A stretch of DNA of 64,000 nt from an uncultured Aminicenantes bacterium. GTDB taxonomy: Bacteria > Acidobacteriota > Aminicenantia > UBA2199. Both the position numbers and the translations under genes were made by a program. Below the pieces are notes generated by a model. That model ran no database searches and had not been told where the DNA came from. It was given only the letters and a program-made list of their open reading frames with translations. Where the stretch lies: contig CBDAFS010000041.1 of the NCBI GenBank assembly GCA_965195285.1, forward strand, positions 1 to 64,000, written 5' to 3'. This document shows positions 11,265 through 21,743 of this stretch, piece by piece; the first letter of the stretch is position 1, and every line of letters begins with the position of its first letter.

Positions 11265-12029
11265 ATGAGTGAAACAACCGAATACATCATTGCCGGTAAC
11301 TGGAAAATGCAAAAAACAGTGGTTGAAAGCCAGGATTTCTTCACCGAGCTGGACCAGCGGATCCGGGAGCACTCAGGTGTGGAAGTGTTGATTTTTCCTC
11401 CCTACACCTCTTTGTATGCCCTCAGGGGATTGTCGAAAAAGATCAAAATCGGTTCTCAGAACATATTTTATGAGGAGCATGGGGCTTTTACCGGGGAAAT
11501 CTCCCCCCTGATGCTGGAGAATCTGGTGGATTATGTGCTGATTGGCCATTCGGAAAGACGACATGTATTCAAGGAGACCGATGAGGAGATCAACAAAAAG
11601 GTCAGGGTGGCTTTACAACATGGCTTCAGGGTGATTCTATGTGTGGGCGAAACCCTGGATGAACGGGAACGGGAACAAACCTTTGAAAGAATCAGAAGCC
11701 AGGTAAACAAAGGCCTGGAGGATCTTGATCGCAAGTACCTGAACCGGTTGGCCATTGCCTATGAGCCGGTCTGGGCCATTGGAACCGGAAAAAATGCCAC
11801 TACGGAACAGGCCCAGGAGGTTCATACCTTTATTCGTGACGTGTTGGCCGATTATGTTGACAATCCCGGGCAAACCCGGATTTTATACGGCGGGTCGGTT
11901 AAAGCGGAGAATAGCTTTGATTTGCTGGCCAGGCCGGACATCAACGGGGTTCTGGTGGGAGGAGCATCCTTGAACGTGGACTCTTTTTCTGGTATAATAG
12001 ACCATTCATATAAACTGATTGACCGATAG
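11265..12029 (+). CDS. tpiA: Triosephosphate isomerase
   Basis: AGNWKM, GHSERR, AYEPVWAIGTG, LVGGASL. Confidence 0.98.
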   Translation: MSETTEYIIAGNWKMQKTVVESQDFFTELDQRIREHSGVEVLIFPPYTSLYALRGLSKKIKIGSQNIFYEEHGAFTGEISPLMLENLVDYVLIGHSERRHVFKETDEEINKKVRVALQHGFRVILCVGETLDEREREQTFERIRSQVNKGLEDLDRKYLNRLAIAYEPVWAIGTGKNATTEQAQEVHTFIRDVLADYVDNPGQTRILYGGSVKAENSFDLLARPDINGVLVGGASLNVDSFSGIIDHSYKLIDR

Positions 12030-12038
12030 GAGGAAATC

Positions 12039-12392
12039 TTGGAAGGTTTTTTATTGGCTGTTCATATATTTGTGTCCCTGTTGCTAATTATCGTGGTGTT
12101 GTTGCAGAGCGGAAAAAGCGCTGATCTGGCCGGTGCCTTCGGGGGAGCGGGCAGCCAGTCGACTTTCGGTCCCCGCGGGGTAGCCTCCATAATGGGAAAA
12201 TTGACCACGGTCTTAGCCATTTTGTTTATGGTGTTGACCCTGATGTTGATGATTGTTGCTTCCAGAAAGACCAATGTAAAATCGGTACTGGATAAAGAAG
12301 AAGTCAAGCAGGAAGAAAAACAAGAGAGCATTAAACCCCCGCCCCAGCAAGACCAGGAAGAAAAAAAATCCACTGATTTACCGATAGAATAA
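12039..12392 (+). CDS. secG: Preprotein translocase subunit SecG
   Basis: VLLQSGKSADLAGAFGGAGSQSTFG, two TM helices, canonical position after tpiA. Confidence 0.95.
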   Translation: MEGFLLAVHIFVSLLLIIVVLLQSGKSADLAGAFGGAGSQSTFGPRGVASIMGKLTTVLAILFMVLTLMLMIVASRKTNVKSVLDKEEVKQEEKQESIKPPPQQDQEEKKSTDLPIE

Positions 12393-12405
12393 ATAGCTTG
12401 AATAG

Positions 12406-12489
<84 letters not shown>

Positions 12490-12493
12490 GATC

Positions 12494-12580
12494 GGAGAGG
12501 TGCGTGAGCGGCTGAAACGGGCTGCCTGCTAAGCAGTTGTTCCTGTAAAGGAACCGTGGGTTCGAATCCCACCCTCTCCG
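12494..12580 (+). tRNA. tRNA-Ser(GCT)
   Basis: GGAGAGG...CCTCTCC acceptor, GCTGC-CTGCTAA-GCAGT anticodon arm, long variable arm, GGTTCGAATCC. Confidence 0.95.
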
Positions 12581-12595
12581 TTTTAACAAAAAAAT

Positions 12596-12763
12596 GGACG
12601 AATGGCCATTCGCCCCTACATTTTTCCAATTACTAATCACATTTTACGCTTTACGTATTACGCCTTACGTCTTCCCCTTTCCCTCAACCTTTCCCTTTAC
12701 CTTTGCCTTTACCTTTATCTTTGCCTTTACCTCTACCTTTACCTTTACCTTTATCTTTGCCTT
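12596..12763 (-). repeat. REP palindrome (12596-12619) plus (TTTACC)n tract; reverse-complement relative of 8597-8750
   Basis: GGACGAATGGCCATTCGCCCCTACATTTTTCCAATTACT...TTACGTATTACGCCTTACGTC...CCTTTACCTTTGCC. Confidence 0.8.
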
Positions 12764-12850
12764 ATAAAATCTTAACTTTCCTATAAAAAAATCACCATTT
12801 AGTGATATAATTAAATAATCAGGAATTAAACATTATAAGGAGAAAATATC

Positions 12851-13612
12851 ATGAAGAGAGTATTTATTTTTATGTTAGTCATTTTGTTTTTAAGCAGTTT
12901 GAGTTTATTGGCTGAAACCCTGGATGAGATTTTAGCCAAGAATTATGAATCAAAGGGAGGGCTGGAAAAATTAAAGTCCATCACTTCGATAAAAATCAAG
13001 GGAAAGATTGTCCAGGCCATGATGAACATGGAAATGCCCATGGAGATCTGGTACAAAAAACCCAATAAAATCAGGATGGAGTCGGAATTCCAGGGCCGGA
13101 AAGTGGTTCAGGGTTATGATGGAAACATTGCCTGGTGGATCATGCCATTTTTAGGCAGCGATGACCCCCAGGAAATGGCGGAAGAACAGGCCAGGGAAGT
13201 AAAGGAAATGGCTGAATCCATGGATCCGCTGATGGATTATAAGGAAAAGGGATACAAACTGGAACTGGTGGGAAAGGAAGACATGGAAGGCACTGAAGTC
13301 TATAAATTGAAGATGACTAAAAAAAATGACAAGGTGGAGTTTTTTTATCTGGATACAGAAAGTGGGATTGAGTTGAAATCTTCCAGTTATGTCAAGCGGG
13401 GCGAGAATGAAATTTTAGTGGAAACCTTTTTCGGCGACTACCAGGAAGTGGACGGGGTGGTGATGGCTTTTCAGATGGAAGTGAAAGCCGACAATCAATC
13501 CAGTGTAACCATGACCTTTCAAGAATTCAAATTCAATGAAGAAATGGATGATGCCCTGTTTGTGATGCCTCCCAAAAAAGAGGCCGAGAAAACCGGAGAA
13601 GAAGATAAATGA
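12851..13612 (+). CDS. LolA-like outer-membrane lipoprotein-sorting protein
   Basis: Signal peptide; DEILAKNYESKGGLEKLKSI, KKPNKIRME, GYDG, LVGKEDMEG. Confidence 0.75.
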   Translation: MKRVFIFMLVILFLSSLSLLAETLDEILAKNYESKGGLEKLKSITSIKIKGKIVQAMMNMEMPMEIWYKKPNKIRMESEFQGRKVVQGYDGNIAWWIMPFLGSDDPQEMAEEQAREVKEMAESMDPLMDYKEKGYKLELVGKEDMEGTEVYKLKMTKKNDKVEFFYLDTESGIELKSSSYVKRGENEILVETFFGDYQEVDGVVMAFQMEVKADNQSSVTMTFQEFKFNEEMDDALFVMPPKKEAEKTGEEDK

Positions 13613-16600
13613 ATCGCTCCGGCCTGTTTTTTTACTGTATTTTTGCGGTTTTTTTCCTGTTTTTGATAGCCGGAAACGCCGAGGAAATAAAATTAGACAG
13701 CGCTTCTTTCGGGGGTATCAAGGCCCGGATGATCGGGCCGGCCATTATGAGCGGGCGCATAACCGATATTCAGGCGGTTGAATCGGATCCCCGGATCATC
13801 TATGTGGCCACGGCCAGCGGCGGCATCTGGAAATCGGTCAATGGTGGTACTACCTTCAAACAGATCTTCAGGGATCACACCATGTCGGTGGAGACCATTG
13901 CCATTGAACAAAAGAATTCCCAGGTAATCTGGGCCGGAACCGGAGAGTGTAATGTCCGTAACAGTGTCTCAGTTGGTACCGGACTTTATCGAACTTCCGA
14001 TGGCGGTAAAAACTGGGCATTTATGGGTTTCAAAGATTCTGAGAGAATCAGTCAGGTTGTGATTGATCCCCGGAATTCAAAAACCGTTTATGTGGCGGTG
14101 ATGGGCCATCTGTGGAATGCCAATAATGAGCGCGGATTGTACAAGACAACTGATAACGGCAAAACCTGGAAACGAATCCTTTTTGTGGATGAAAACACCG
14201 GTTGTGCGGATCTGGAAATGGATCCCAAAAATCCGGAAATCCTTTATGCGGCTATGTGGGAATTCAGGCGCCAGCCCTACTTTTTCAATTCTGGAGGGAA
14301 AGGCAGTGGGCTTTTCAAAACCGTAAACGGCGGGAAAACCTGGAAGAAGTTAACCCAAGGATTACCCGGAGGGAACCTGGGTAGAATTGCCATTGCTGTG
14401 TCCCCGTCAAAACCGGATACGCTTTACGCCACGGTGGAAGCCAAAAAAAATTCCCTTTACCGTTCCGACAATAAAGGGGAATCCTGGACCAGGGTTAATG
14501 ATACCATCTCCGTTTCCATGCGGCCCTTCTATTTTTCCCATCTGATTGTTGATCCCAATAATAATAACCAATTATATGTTACCGGACTTTTTCTGGGAAC
14601 CAGTGAAAACGGGGGAAAATCATTCAATTTCGGATTTTTTGGCCGTTACCATGCAGATGTTCATGCCATCTGGGTAAATCCCCACAATTCCAACCAGCTG
14701 ATCATCGGAACCGATGGGGGTGTTTATATTTCCCAGAATAAAGGGCGGCAATTCGATATGGTTTCCAGCCTGCCGGTTTCCCAGTTCTACCATGTTTATT
14801 ATGATATGCAGATACCCTACAATGTATACGGCGGACTGCAGGATAACGGCTCCTGGTACGGTCCTTCCAAAAGTCATGCTGGCGGTATACAAAACAAGGA
14901 CTGGCATAATGTGGGTTATGGCGACGGTTTCCATGTGTATCCCCATCAAAACCAGCCCCATATTGTATACTGGGAGTGGCAGGGTGGTCGCATTGCCCGA
15001 ACCAATCAAAAAACCAATGAGATCAAAGATATCCAGCCCGTGCCAACCAGAAAGGGAGAAGCTGATTACCGCTATAACTGGAATGCAGGCATGGCCCTGA
15101 GTCCCTCCAATCCGGACGGGATTTACATCGGTGCCCAGTATTTGTTTAAATCAACCGACCGGGGAGATACCTGGAAAAAAATATCCCCTGATCTCACCAC
15201 CAATGATCATAAAAAACAGCAGCAGTACAAATCCGGCGGTCTGACTGTAGATGATACCACTGCAGAGAATCATTGTACCATCTTTACCATTGCCGAATCA
15301 CCCAAGGATGCCAATGTCATCTGGGTGGGAACCGATGATGGCAATTTGCAGGTTACCCGGAACGGGGGTAAATCCTGGAAAAATGTGGTGAAGAACATAA
15401 CCGGACTTCCGGCCTGTACCTGGTGTTCGACGGTTGAAGCCAGTCATTTTGATGCCGGAACCGCATACGTGACCTTTGACGGACATCGAACCGGAGATAT
15501 GAAATCTTATGTTTATAAAACCATTGATTATGGAAAAACCTGGAAAAGTTTGAAAACTGACAATCTGGAAGGATATTGCCATGTTATCCGTGAGGATCTG
15601 GTGAACAAAGATCTTCTATTTCTGGGAACCGAGTTTGGCCTTTTTGTTTCCATTGATGCCGGCCAAAACTGGGGCCACCTGAAAGAAGCATTACCCAGGG
15701 TATCAATCAGGGATCTGGTCATCCATCCCCGTGAACATGATCTGATCATTGCCACCCATGGTTTAGGTATTCAAATCATTGATGATATTACCCCATTGCG
15801 CCATTTAAACGCTGAGGTTTTAAATTCCGAGGCCTTGGTTTTGCCTTCCAAAACCGCGATTTTGGAGATCCCGAATATATTCCAGGAATTCCCACCGGAT
15901 TCCGAATTTATTGGCGACAATCCTCCCGGTGGTGCAGCCATTGCCTATTATCTAAAAAAACGCCATATCTTTGGCACCTTAAAACTGGAGATTCTGGATG
16001 CCTCCGGAAAGGTGATCCAGACCCTTCCCACCACCAAGAGGAAAGGACTTAACCGGTTGTACTGGGGAATGCGCCTGAAACCACCCAAGGCGGCCGGCGC
16101 ACCCGGTTTGTCCATGTTTGTCTTTCAGGGTCCAATGGTCGAGGAGGGTATTTATACGGCCAGGCTGGTAAAAGGGAAAAAAACTTTTCTGGGAAAAATC
16201 GAACTGATTCCCAATGCCGTGTCCGGACACAGCAAGGCTGACAGACAGTGGAGGCACAAAACCGTCATGGAGCTTTACCGGATGCAGGAAGGGTTGGGTT
16301 ATGTGGCCAATATGGTTTCAGATTTGTCAAAAAAAATAGAAAAAAGGCTGGAAAAAATCCAAGACCGGAAGATAAAAAAACGATTGGCATCTTTCCGAAA
16401 AAAAATAGATGAGTTTCATTCCAGCATTGTTCAGCATGCAGGAATTATGGCCGGTGACAAACTGAGGGAAAAAGTGATGGCTCTTTACAGTTCGGTTATT
16501 CAATATGGCGGCCGCCCAACTCAGTCTCAGATATATTACCTTTCGGTTTTAAAGGATCGAATCAATCAGGCCGAGTCAAAATTCAAACAGATAAAGGACA

Positions 16601-16692
16601 AAGATCTGCCATTTCTTAATGCCTTTTTGAAAAAGAAAAATCTGGAAGAATTCAAACTGATAACCCGCGAGGAATACAGTAAGAAAGATTAA
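13609..16692 (+). CDS. VPS10/BNR-repeat beta-propeller protein (sortilin-like putative glycosyl hydrolase)
   Basis: IGPAIMSGRITD, repeated S/T-x-D/N-G-G-x-T-W Asp-boxes, GGLQDNG, GDGF. Confidence 0.9.
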   Translation: MNRSGLFFYCIFAVFFLFLIAGNAEEIKLDSASFGGIKARMIGPAIMSGRITDIQAVESDPRIIYVATASGGIWKSVNGGTTFKQIFRDHTMSVETIAIEQKNSQVIWAGTGECNVRNSVSVGTGLYRTSDGGKNWAFMGFKDSERISQVVIDPRNSKTVYVAVMGHLWNANNERGLYKTTDNGKTWKRILFVDENTGCADLEMDPKNPEILYAAMWEFRRQPYFFNSGGKGSGLFKTVNGGKTWKKLTQGLPGGNLGRIAIAVSPSKPDTLYATVEAKKNSLYRSDNKGESWTRVNDTISVSMRPFYFSHLIVDPNNNNQLYVTGLFLGTSENGGKSFNFGFFGRYHADVHAIWVNPHNSNQLIIGTDGGVYISQNKGRQFDMVSSLPVSQFYHVYYDMQIPYNVYGGLQDNGSWYGPSKSHAGGIQNKDWHNVGYGDGFHVYPHQNQPHIVYWEWQGGRIARTNQKTNEIKDIQPVPTRKGEADYRYNWNAGMALSPSNPDGIYIGAQYLFKSTDRGDTWKKISPDLTTNDHKKQQQYKSGGLTVDDTTAENHCTIFTIAESPKDANVIWVGTDDGNLQVTRNGGKSWKNVVKNITGLPACTWCSTVEASHFDAGTAYVTFDGHRTGDMKSYVYKTIDYGKTWKSLKTDNLEGYCHVIREDLVNKDLLFLGTEFGLFVSIDAGQNWGHLKEALPRVSIRDLVIHPREHDLIIATHGLGIQIIDDITPLRHLNAEVLNSEALVLPSKTAILEIPNIFQEFPPDSEFIGDNPPGGAAIAYYLKKRHIFGTLKLEILDASGKVIQTLPTTKRKGLNRLYWGMRLKPPKAAGAPGLSMFVFQGPMVEEGIYTARLVKGKKTFLGKIELIPNAVSGHSKADRQWRHKTVMELYRMQEGLGYVANMVSDLSKKIEKRLEKIQDRKIKKRLASFRKKIDEFHSSIVQHAGIMAGDKLREKVMALYSSVIQYGGRPTQSQIYYLSVLKDRINQAESKFKQIKDKDLPFLNAFLKKKNLEEFKLITREEYSKKD

Positions 16693-16752
16693 TTCACCTG
16701 AAAACTGGTTAATGGGTGGCGCAATTCTGAGAATATAAAAAGAGGAATAAAA

Positions 16753-17298
16753 ATGGAACGAGATCAGGCTTTGAAGCTTGTTCAGAAGGAAATAAAAAAC
16801 AAAAACCTCATCAAACATTCCCTGGCTGTTGAGGCCTGCATGAGGGCATTTGCCCGGAAGTTTGGTGAGGATGAAGACAAGTGGGGGCTGGCCGGTATTC
16901 TCCATGATCTGGATTACGAATATACTGCCGATGATCCGGACCGGCATGCCCTGAAAACCGCGGAGATGCTGGAGGAATTTGACCTGCCCGGGGACATTAT
17001 TCATGCCATCAAGGCCCACAATTCCAAGGTGTCCTTTGAATCCAAAATGGATATTACCCTGTATACCGTGGACCCCACCACCGGTTTTATCATTGCCTGC
17101 GCCCTGATGCATCCCACTAAAAAACTGAGTTCGGTTGACCTGAAACGGATGAAAAAGCGGTTCAAGGAGAAAAATTTTGCCAGAGGCGCCCACCGGGACC
17201 AGATCCGGGAATGTGAAAAACTGGAAATTGAACTGGATGAATTTCTGGAGATATGCCTGGCCGCCATGCAGGAGATCAATAAAGAGTTAGAGTTGTAG
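16753..17298 (+). CDS. HDIG-domain metal-dependent phosphohydrolase
   Basis: KHSLAVEACM, GILHDLDYE, AIKAH, FKEKNFA. Confidence 0.85.
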   Translation: MERDQALKLVQKEIKNKNLIKHSLAVEACMRAFARKFGEDEDKWGLAGILHDLDYEYTADDPDRHALKTAEMLEEFDLPGDIIHAIKAHNSKVSFESKMDITLYTVDPTTGFIIACALMHPTKKLSSVDLKRMKKRFKEKNFARGAHRDQIRECEKLEIELDEFLEICLAAMQEINKELEL

Positions 17299-17760
17299 GT
17301 AAGGTAAAGGTAAAGGTAAAGGGGAAGGTAAAGGTAAAGGGAAAGGTAAAGGTAAAGGGGAAGACGTAAGGCGTGAATAGTAAATAGTAATTAGTAATGT
17401 GTAAACAAAAATTAGTAAAAAATGTGTCAACTTTTAATCAGGACGAGACAACGTAAGTCGTAAATAGTAATTAGTAAGTAGTAATTAGTAATTTGTAAAG
17501 TGTAAGTAGTGAAGAGTGAAGACGTAAGTCGTAAATAGTAATTGGTAATTCGTAAAGTGTGAAAAGTAATACTTAAAAACAACTGGTAATCCGATGGTTA
17601 TTTGCTCGTTACACTCGCGTTATTCTATGGTAATTTGATTGCAACTCGTAAAGTGTAATGCGTGAAGCTGGAAGGCGTAAAACGTAAGTTGTGAAGTTTT
17701 TTTACTAATTACTACTTACTTCTTACTACTTACTTCTTACTATTTACTATTTACTATATT
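17298..17760. repeat. Long simple-sequence block: (GGTAAA)n, AGTAATT/ACGTAAG heptamers, then inverted TTACTAC tracts
   Basis: Read directly from sequence; includes an ~80-bp segment (17584-17666) repeated inverted at 20091-20165. Confidence 0.8.
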
Positions 17761-17837
17761 GACAAGTGTTACCAAAAAATGATACATAATAAGTGATAAT
17801 TAATTAAAATATTAAAAAACTGACGGGGTTAACCAGC

Positions 17838-20009
17838 ATGCAAAAAGATCATATTAAGGGATTCAGATTGATAATTGCCGGGGTGGCTATCCTATTTGTA
17901 CTGATAGTGATTGTCCGGATTTTTTTTGATGAGAGCAAAAACTTTCCCCCGCTGTTCATTAATAGTACTACCCTGATCATCTCGCTGTGGACCATCATCA
18001 TCCTGTTCAGTCTGACCTTTCTGTTCATCCTGTTGAGAAATATCATCAAACTGTATTACAGCCGGAGCAAGGATGAGACCGGCGGCCGGTTCAAGAACCG
18101 GCTGGTTTTTTTCTTCATTGCTTTTTCAATCATTCCCACTCTCCTGATTTTTTTCTTTGCCACCGATCTGATCGAGCGGGGGATTGAAAAATGGTTTAAC
18201 GTCGATATCGACGGTATCATGGCCAAAACCGAAGAACTGGAGCCCAGTTATTATGAGCGGGCCAAGGAGGAGTTAAAGCATTTTTCCAACATCATGGCCA
18301 CCGATATCAAGAAATACAAGAAGTATACCTATGAAAACCGGATATTTCTGGATAATTCCATCAAGAAACAGATGAAAGAGTACAAACTGGATGTGGTCAA
18401 TATTTACCGGAATGACAAAGAGACTCTGACCAAATTCAACCCGGTGATACCCCTGCAGGAATACAAGGATTTGCCCCGGGATATTGTCTGGAGAAGCCTG
18501 GGCGGGGATGATTATTTTCCCATTGATTCACTGAAGAAGGGAGTGCTGATTCGAAGCGGGGTTAGGTTTACAACCCCGGAGGGGGATCGCATCCTGGTCA
18601 TCACCGGCAAGTATTATCCGGACCGCTACATTAAGAATCTGAAAAGCCTGTCAGCCATGGTCAATAAATACAATCAGTTGAAACCCATCAAAACACCGGT
18701 CAAGACCACTTACTTTCTGCTGTTTATGTTCATCACCATCCTGATCATCTTTTCGGCCTCCTGGCTGGGGTTTTACCTGGCCAAGGGTATCACTACCCCC
18801 ATTGATAAACTGGCCGCAGCTGCATCGGAAATCACCAAGGGTAACCTGGACGTGCGCATCGATTACACGGCCAAGGATGAATTCAATTCCCTGATTTCCG
18901 AATTCAATAAAATGGTTACCGACCTGAGGGAAAACCGGGATAAACTGAACAAGAGGACCATTGAATTAAAACAGCGGCGCAGCCTGACCGAAACCATCCT
19001 GAACAACATCACCTCGGGCGTCATTGCCCTGAATTCAACCGGGGAGATAATCGATATCAACCCGGAAGCCGAAAGAATGTTTTCCCTGAGATCCAGCGGG
19101 GTGTTGAAGACCCATTTTACAGAGGCATTGGCCGAGCGCCAGTACAAGGATATCAGCTCCATCATTGAAAAGGCCTATAAGACCAAATTTAAAATCATTG
19201 AAAAGGAATTGAATTTCAAAATAAAGGGCAAGATACTAAACCTGGCTACCAAAATCACCCATATCCGCAACCCGGTCAATAAAAAATTCTCCGGCCTGCT
19301 GGTGGTGTTAACCGATCTGACCGCCCTGATCAAGGCCCAGAGGCTTTTGGTATGGAGAGAGGTGGCCAAGCGTATCGCTCATGAGATTAAAAACCCCCTG
19401 ACCCCCATTCAAATCTCTTCCCAGCGCATATTGAAGGCCCTGGAGTTGCCGGATGATAAATTCAGGAAAATAGTGGAGGATAGCCTGAACATCATCCTCC
19501 AGGAACTGGATTCCATAAAAAACCTGGCCGAGGAGTTTTCTCAGTATGCCCGCCTGCCCGAGGTGAATTTTACCACCGGGGACATCAACCAGATTCTGGA
19601 AAAGTTAGTCTCGGTGTACTCTTCTATTTACAACAATGTTGAGTTCAAGGTGGACCTGGATGTTGATATTCCGGCCCTGGTCAAGATGGACACCGAACAG
19701 ATCAAACGGATTTTCGTTAACCTGATTGACAATGGTATCGACGCCATGAACAAAGAAGGTATCCTGGAAATCTCCAGTAAATACATCAAAAGCAGCCAGT
19801 TCATTAAAATTGAAATTGCCGATATCGGTCCGGGCATCAGTGATGAAGACAAGGGAAAGCTGTTCATTCCCTACTTTTCCAATAAAAGCGGGGGAACCGG
19901 GCTGGGCCTTGCCATTGCTCACAACATCATTGAAGAACACAACGGGCTGATCACGGTAGTGGACAACACCCCCCAGGGGGCCAAGTTCATCATAGAAATC
20001 CCGGCTTGA
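17838..20009 (+). CDS. NtrY-like sensor histidine kinase (HAMP-PAS-HisKA-HATPase)
   Basis: WREVAKRIAHEIKNPLTPIQ H-box, NLIDNG, DIGPGI, GTGLGL; NtrY-type N-terminal TM region. Confidence 0.9.
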   Translation: MQKDHIKGFRLIIAGVAILFVLIVIVRIFFDESKNFPPLFINSTTLIISLWTIIILFSLTFLFILLRNIIKLYYSRSKDETGGRFKNRLVFFFIAFSIIPTLLIFFFATDLIERGIEKWFNVDIDGIMAKTEELEPSYYERAKEELKHFSNIMATDIKKYKKYTYENRIFLDNSIKKQMKEYKLDVVNIYRNDKETLTKFNPVIPLQEYKDLPRDIVWRSLGGDDYFPIDSLKKGVLIRSGVRFTTPEGDRILVITGKYYPDRYIKNLKSLSAMVNKYNQLKPIKTPVKTTYFLLFMFITILIIFSASWLGFYLAKGITTPIDKLAAAASEITKGNLDVRIDYTAKDEFNSLISEFNKMVTDLRENRDKLNKRTIELKQRRSLTETILNNITSGVIALNSTGEIIDINPEAERMFSLRSSGVLKTHFTEALAERQYKDISSIIEKAYKTKFKIIEKELNFKIKGKILNLATKITHIRNPVNKKFSGLLVVLTDLTALIKAQRLLVWREVAKRIAHEIKNPLTPIQISSQRILKALELPDDKFRKIVEDSLNIILQELDSIKNLAEEFSQYARLPEVNFTTGDINQILEKLVSVYSSIYNNVEFKVDLDVDIPALVKMDTEQIKRIFVNLIDNGIDAMNKEGILEISSKYIKSSQFIKIEIADIGPGISDEDKGKLFIPYFSNKSGGTGLGLAIAHNIIEEHNGLITVVDNTPQGAKFIIEIPA

Positions 20010-20184
20010 GGAGTCAGAAGACAGAAGATAGAAGTTGAGAAGATAAGAAGTTCTGAAGTTGAGAATTTCAGAAGTTTCACACCTTACGTCTTCACGCATT
20101 ACGTTAAACAACTGAATTACCATTGAATTACGCGAGTATAACGAGCAAATTACTACCAATTACCAATCTCAAATTACTAAATTT
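20010..20184. repeat. Simple-sequence block (CAGAAGA/AATTACC heptamers)
   Basis: GAGTCAGAAGACAGAAGATAGAAGTTGAGAAGATAAGAAG; AATTACC repeats. Confidence 0.7.
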
Positions 20185-21273
20185 CTATTGTTCCCGGGTT
20201 TGAAACTGTTCTGAAATACTGATTTCCATCTCATAAATAATGGTCATGATCCCGTATTCCGGATCGTGAAGAAGGGATTCCCGGACCTCATTCAGGTAAT
20301 CCAGGATATTTTGTCTCAACACCGGCAGGGCTTTCTTCTTGGTCTGGTAGTGATCCCAGACATCCCAGATGATGATTCCCACGGCAATGATGGTTCCCAG
20401 GAACCGGCCGCCCACTTTGGCTGCTACCTTTCCGCCGGTTTTGGTGGCCATTTTTGTAGCAGCCTTGGCAGTCATTTTTGCCGATATCCGGCTGCTGATT
20501 TTGACGATGATGGGTTTGATGGACCTGAACATCAGGACCATGCCCCCGGCGGTCACCCCGGCAATGGCCTTCAGGGAGAGAGAGGTCTGGCGGTTGGCTT
20601 CTACATTCTTGACCATGATGGCGATATCCCGGAGGTATCGATCCCAGTCAGCCCGCGTGATGTTGTATTCTTCGGGGATTTTACTGAATTCACGGTTCAG
20701 GTGGGTCGAATACTCGGTGATGACTTCAGTTAGTATTCGCTCTACTTCCAGCTGGGCAATTTGGGGCCGCAACACCCGGATGGCAAATTCCTCCTGAACT
20801 TCCTGGGTAATCATCTCGGCCGGGGAAGGGTTGTCACTATCCACCCAGTTTAAAACCTGATACATCAGGCTTTTCAGGCCGATCTTCTGCTGCGTCCAGT
20901 AACTGAAATACCAGTTTAAAAAATCATCATCTACCCGTTTCATCTGCTTCTTGATCCAGGTGTCCAGTTTCTGTGATGCCAGTTCCTGGGTCTGGATTCG
21001 GGCTTCCTGCATGACCGTTCCGATTTTCTGATTGACCTTGGCCCATTCGACCTTAGTGGTTACCGGTTTTTTGATGACTTCAGGCACTTTATCCAGTGTG
21101 CCCGATTTTTTGAACAAAAAGGTTTTACCCAGTACTGCCAGTACAATTAAAACCACCAGGATCCAGAGGATCTTGCTGAATGATCTTAAAAAATGCCCCC
21201 AGGCTTCGATTCTCCGGGATTTACCTTCGTAGCTTTTGTCTACATTTCCATTCTGTTTATCGGATTTACCCAT
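20185..21273 (-). CDS. Hypothetical membrane-anchored helical protein
   Basis: 362-aa ORF with RBS (GAGAGG), N-terminal TM helix, Ala/Lys/Gly-rich hydrophobic hairpin. Confidence 0.7.
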   Translation of the reverse strand: MGKSDKQNGNVDKSYEGKSRRIEAWGHFLRSFSKILWILVVLIVLAVLGKTFLFKKSGTLDKVPEVIKKPVTTKVEWAKVNQKIGTVMQEARIQTQELASQKLDTWIKKQMKRVDDDFLNWYFSYWTQQKIGLKSLMYQVLNWVDSDNPSPAEMITQEVQEEFAIRVLRPQIAQLEVERILTEVITEYSTHLNREFSKIPEEYNITRADWDRYLRDIAIMVKNVEANRQTSLSLKAIAGVTAGGMVLMFRSIKPIIVKISSRISAKMTAKAATKMATKTGGKVAAKVGGRFLGTIIAVGIIIWDVWDHYQTKKKALPVLRQNILDYLNEVRESLLHDPEYGIMTIIYEMEISISEQFQTREQ

Positions 21274-21329
21274 GGTTTACCTCTCTTCGAAATGATTGCT
21301 TGTGATTATAGCATAAGTTTATTTTTCCC

Positions 21330-21743
21330 TCTACTTTTACCTTTGTCTTTCCTTAACTTGATAATACAGGAGATAGGAGATAGAAGACAGAAGTCAGAAT
21401 AAATAAAATCCGAAATCCCAAATTCGAAATCCGAAACAAATTCAAATGTTCAAAATTCGAAACAAAACAATAATGAATCCCATGAGAATGATCTTGTAGG
21501 GGCAAACGGCGGTTTGCCCTGAAAGAGATGATTATTACAACCAATATAAAAAATTGATATGACCAAATGGGCGAATTGCCATTCGCCCCTACATTTTTCC
21601 AATTACTTATCATGATGCATAATTTACAATAAAATTACCATGAATTACACGAGCGAAGCGAATGAATTACCATCGAATTACAAGTTTCACTTCAATTTTC
21701 ACTCTTTACACTTTACGTATTACGCCTTTACCTCAACCTTTAC
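21330..21743. repeat. Composite repeat block with REP doublet 21496-21592
   Basis: GTAGGGGCAAACGGCGGTTTGCCC and GGGCGAATTGCCATTCGCCCCTAC; inverted near-copy of ~8700-8930. Confidence 0.8.

Noticed and set aside
16576-20797. Longer antisense ORFs (16576-17193, 19605-20159, 20266-20733, 20369-20797)
   Set aside because: They are shadows of well-supported genes on the opposite strand and have no recognisable motifs.
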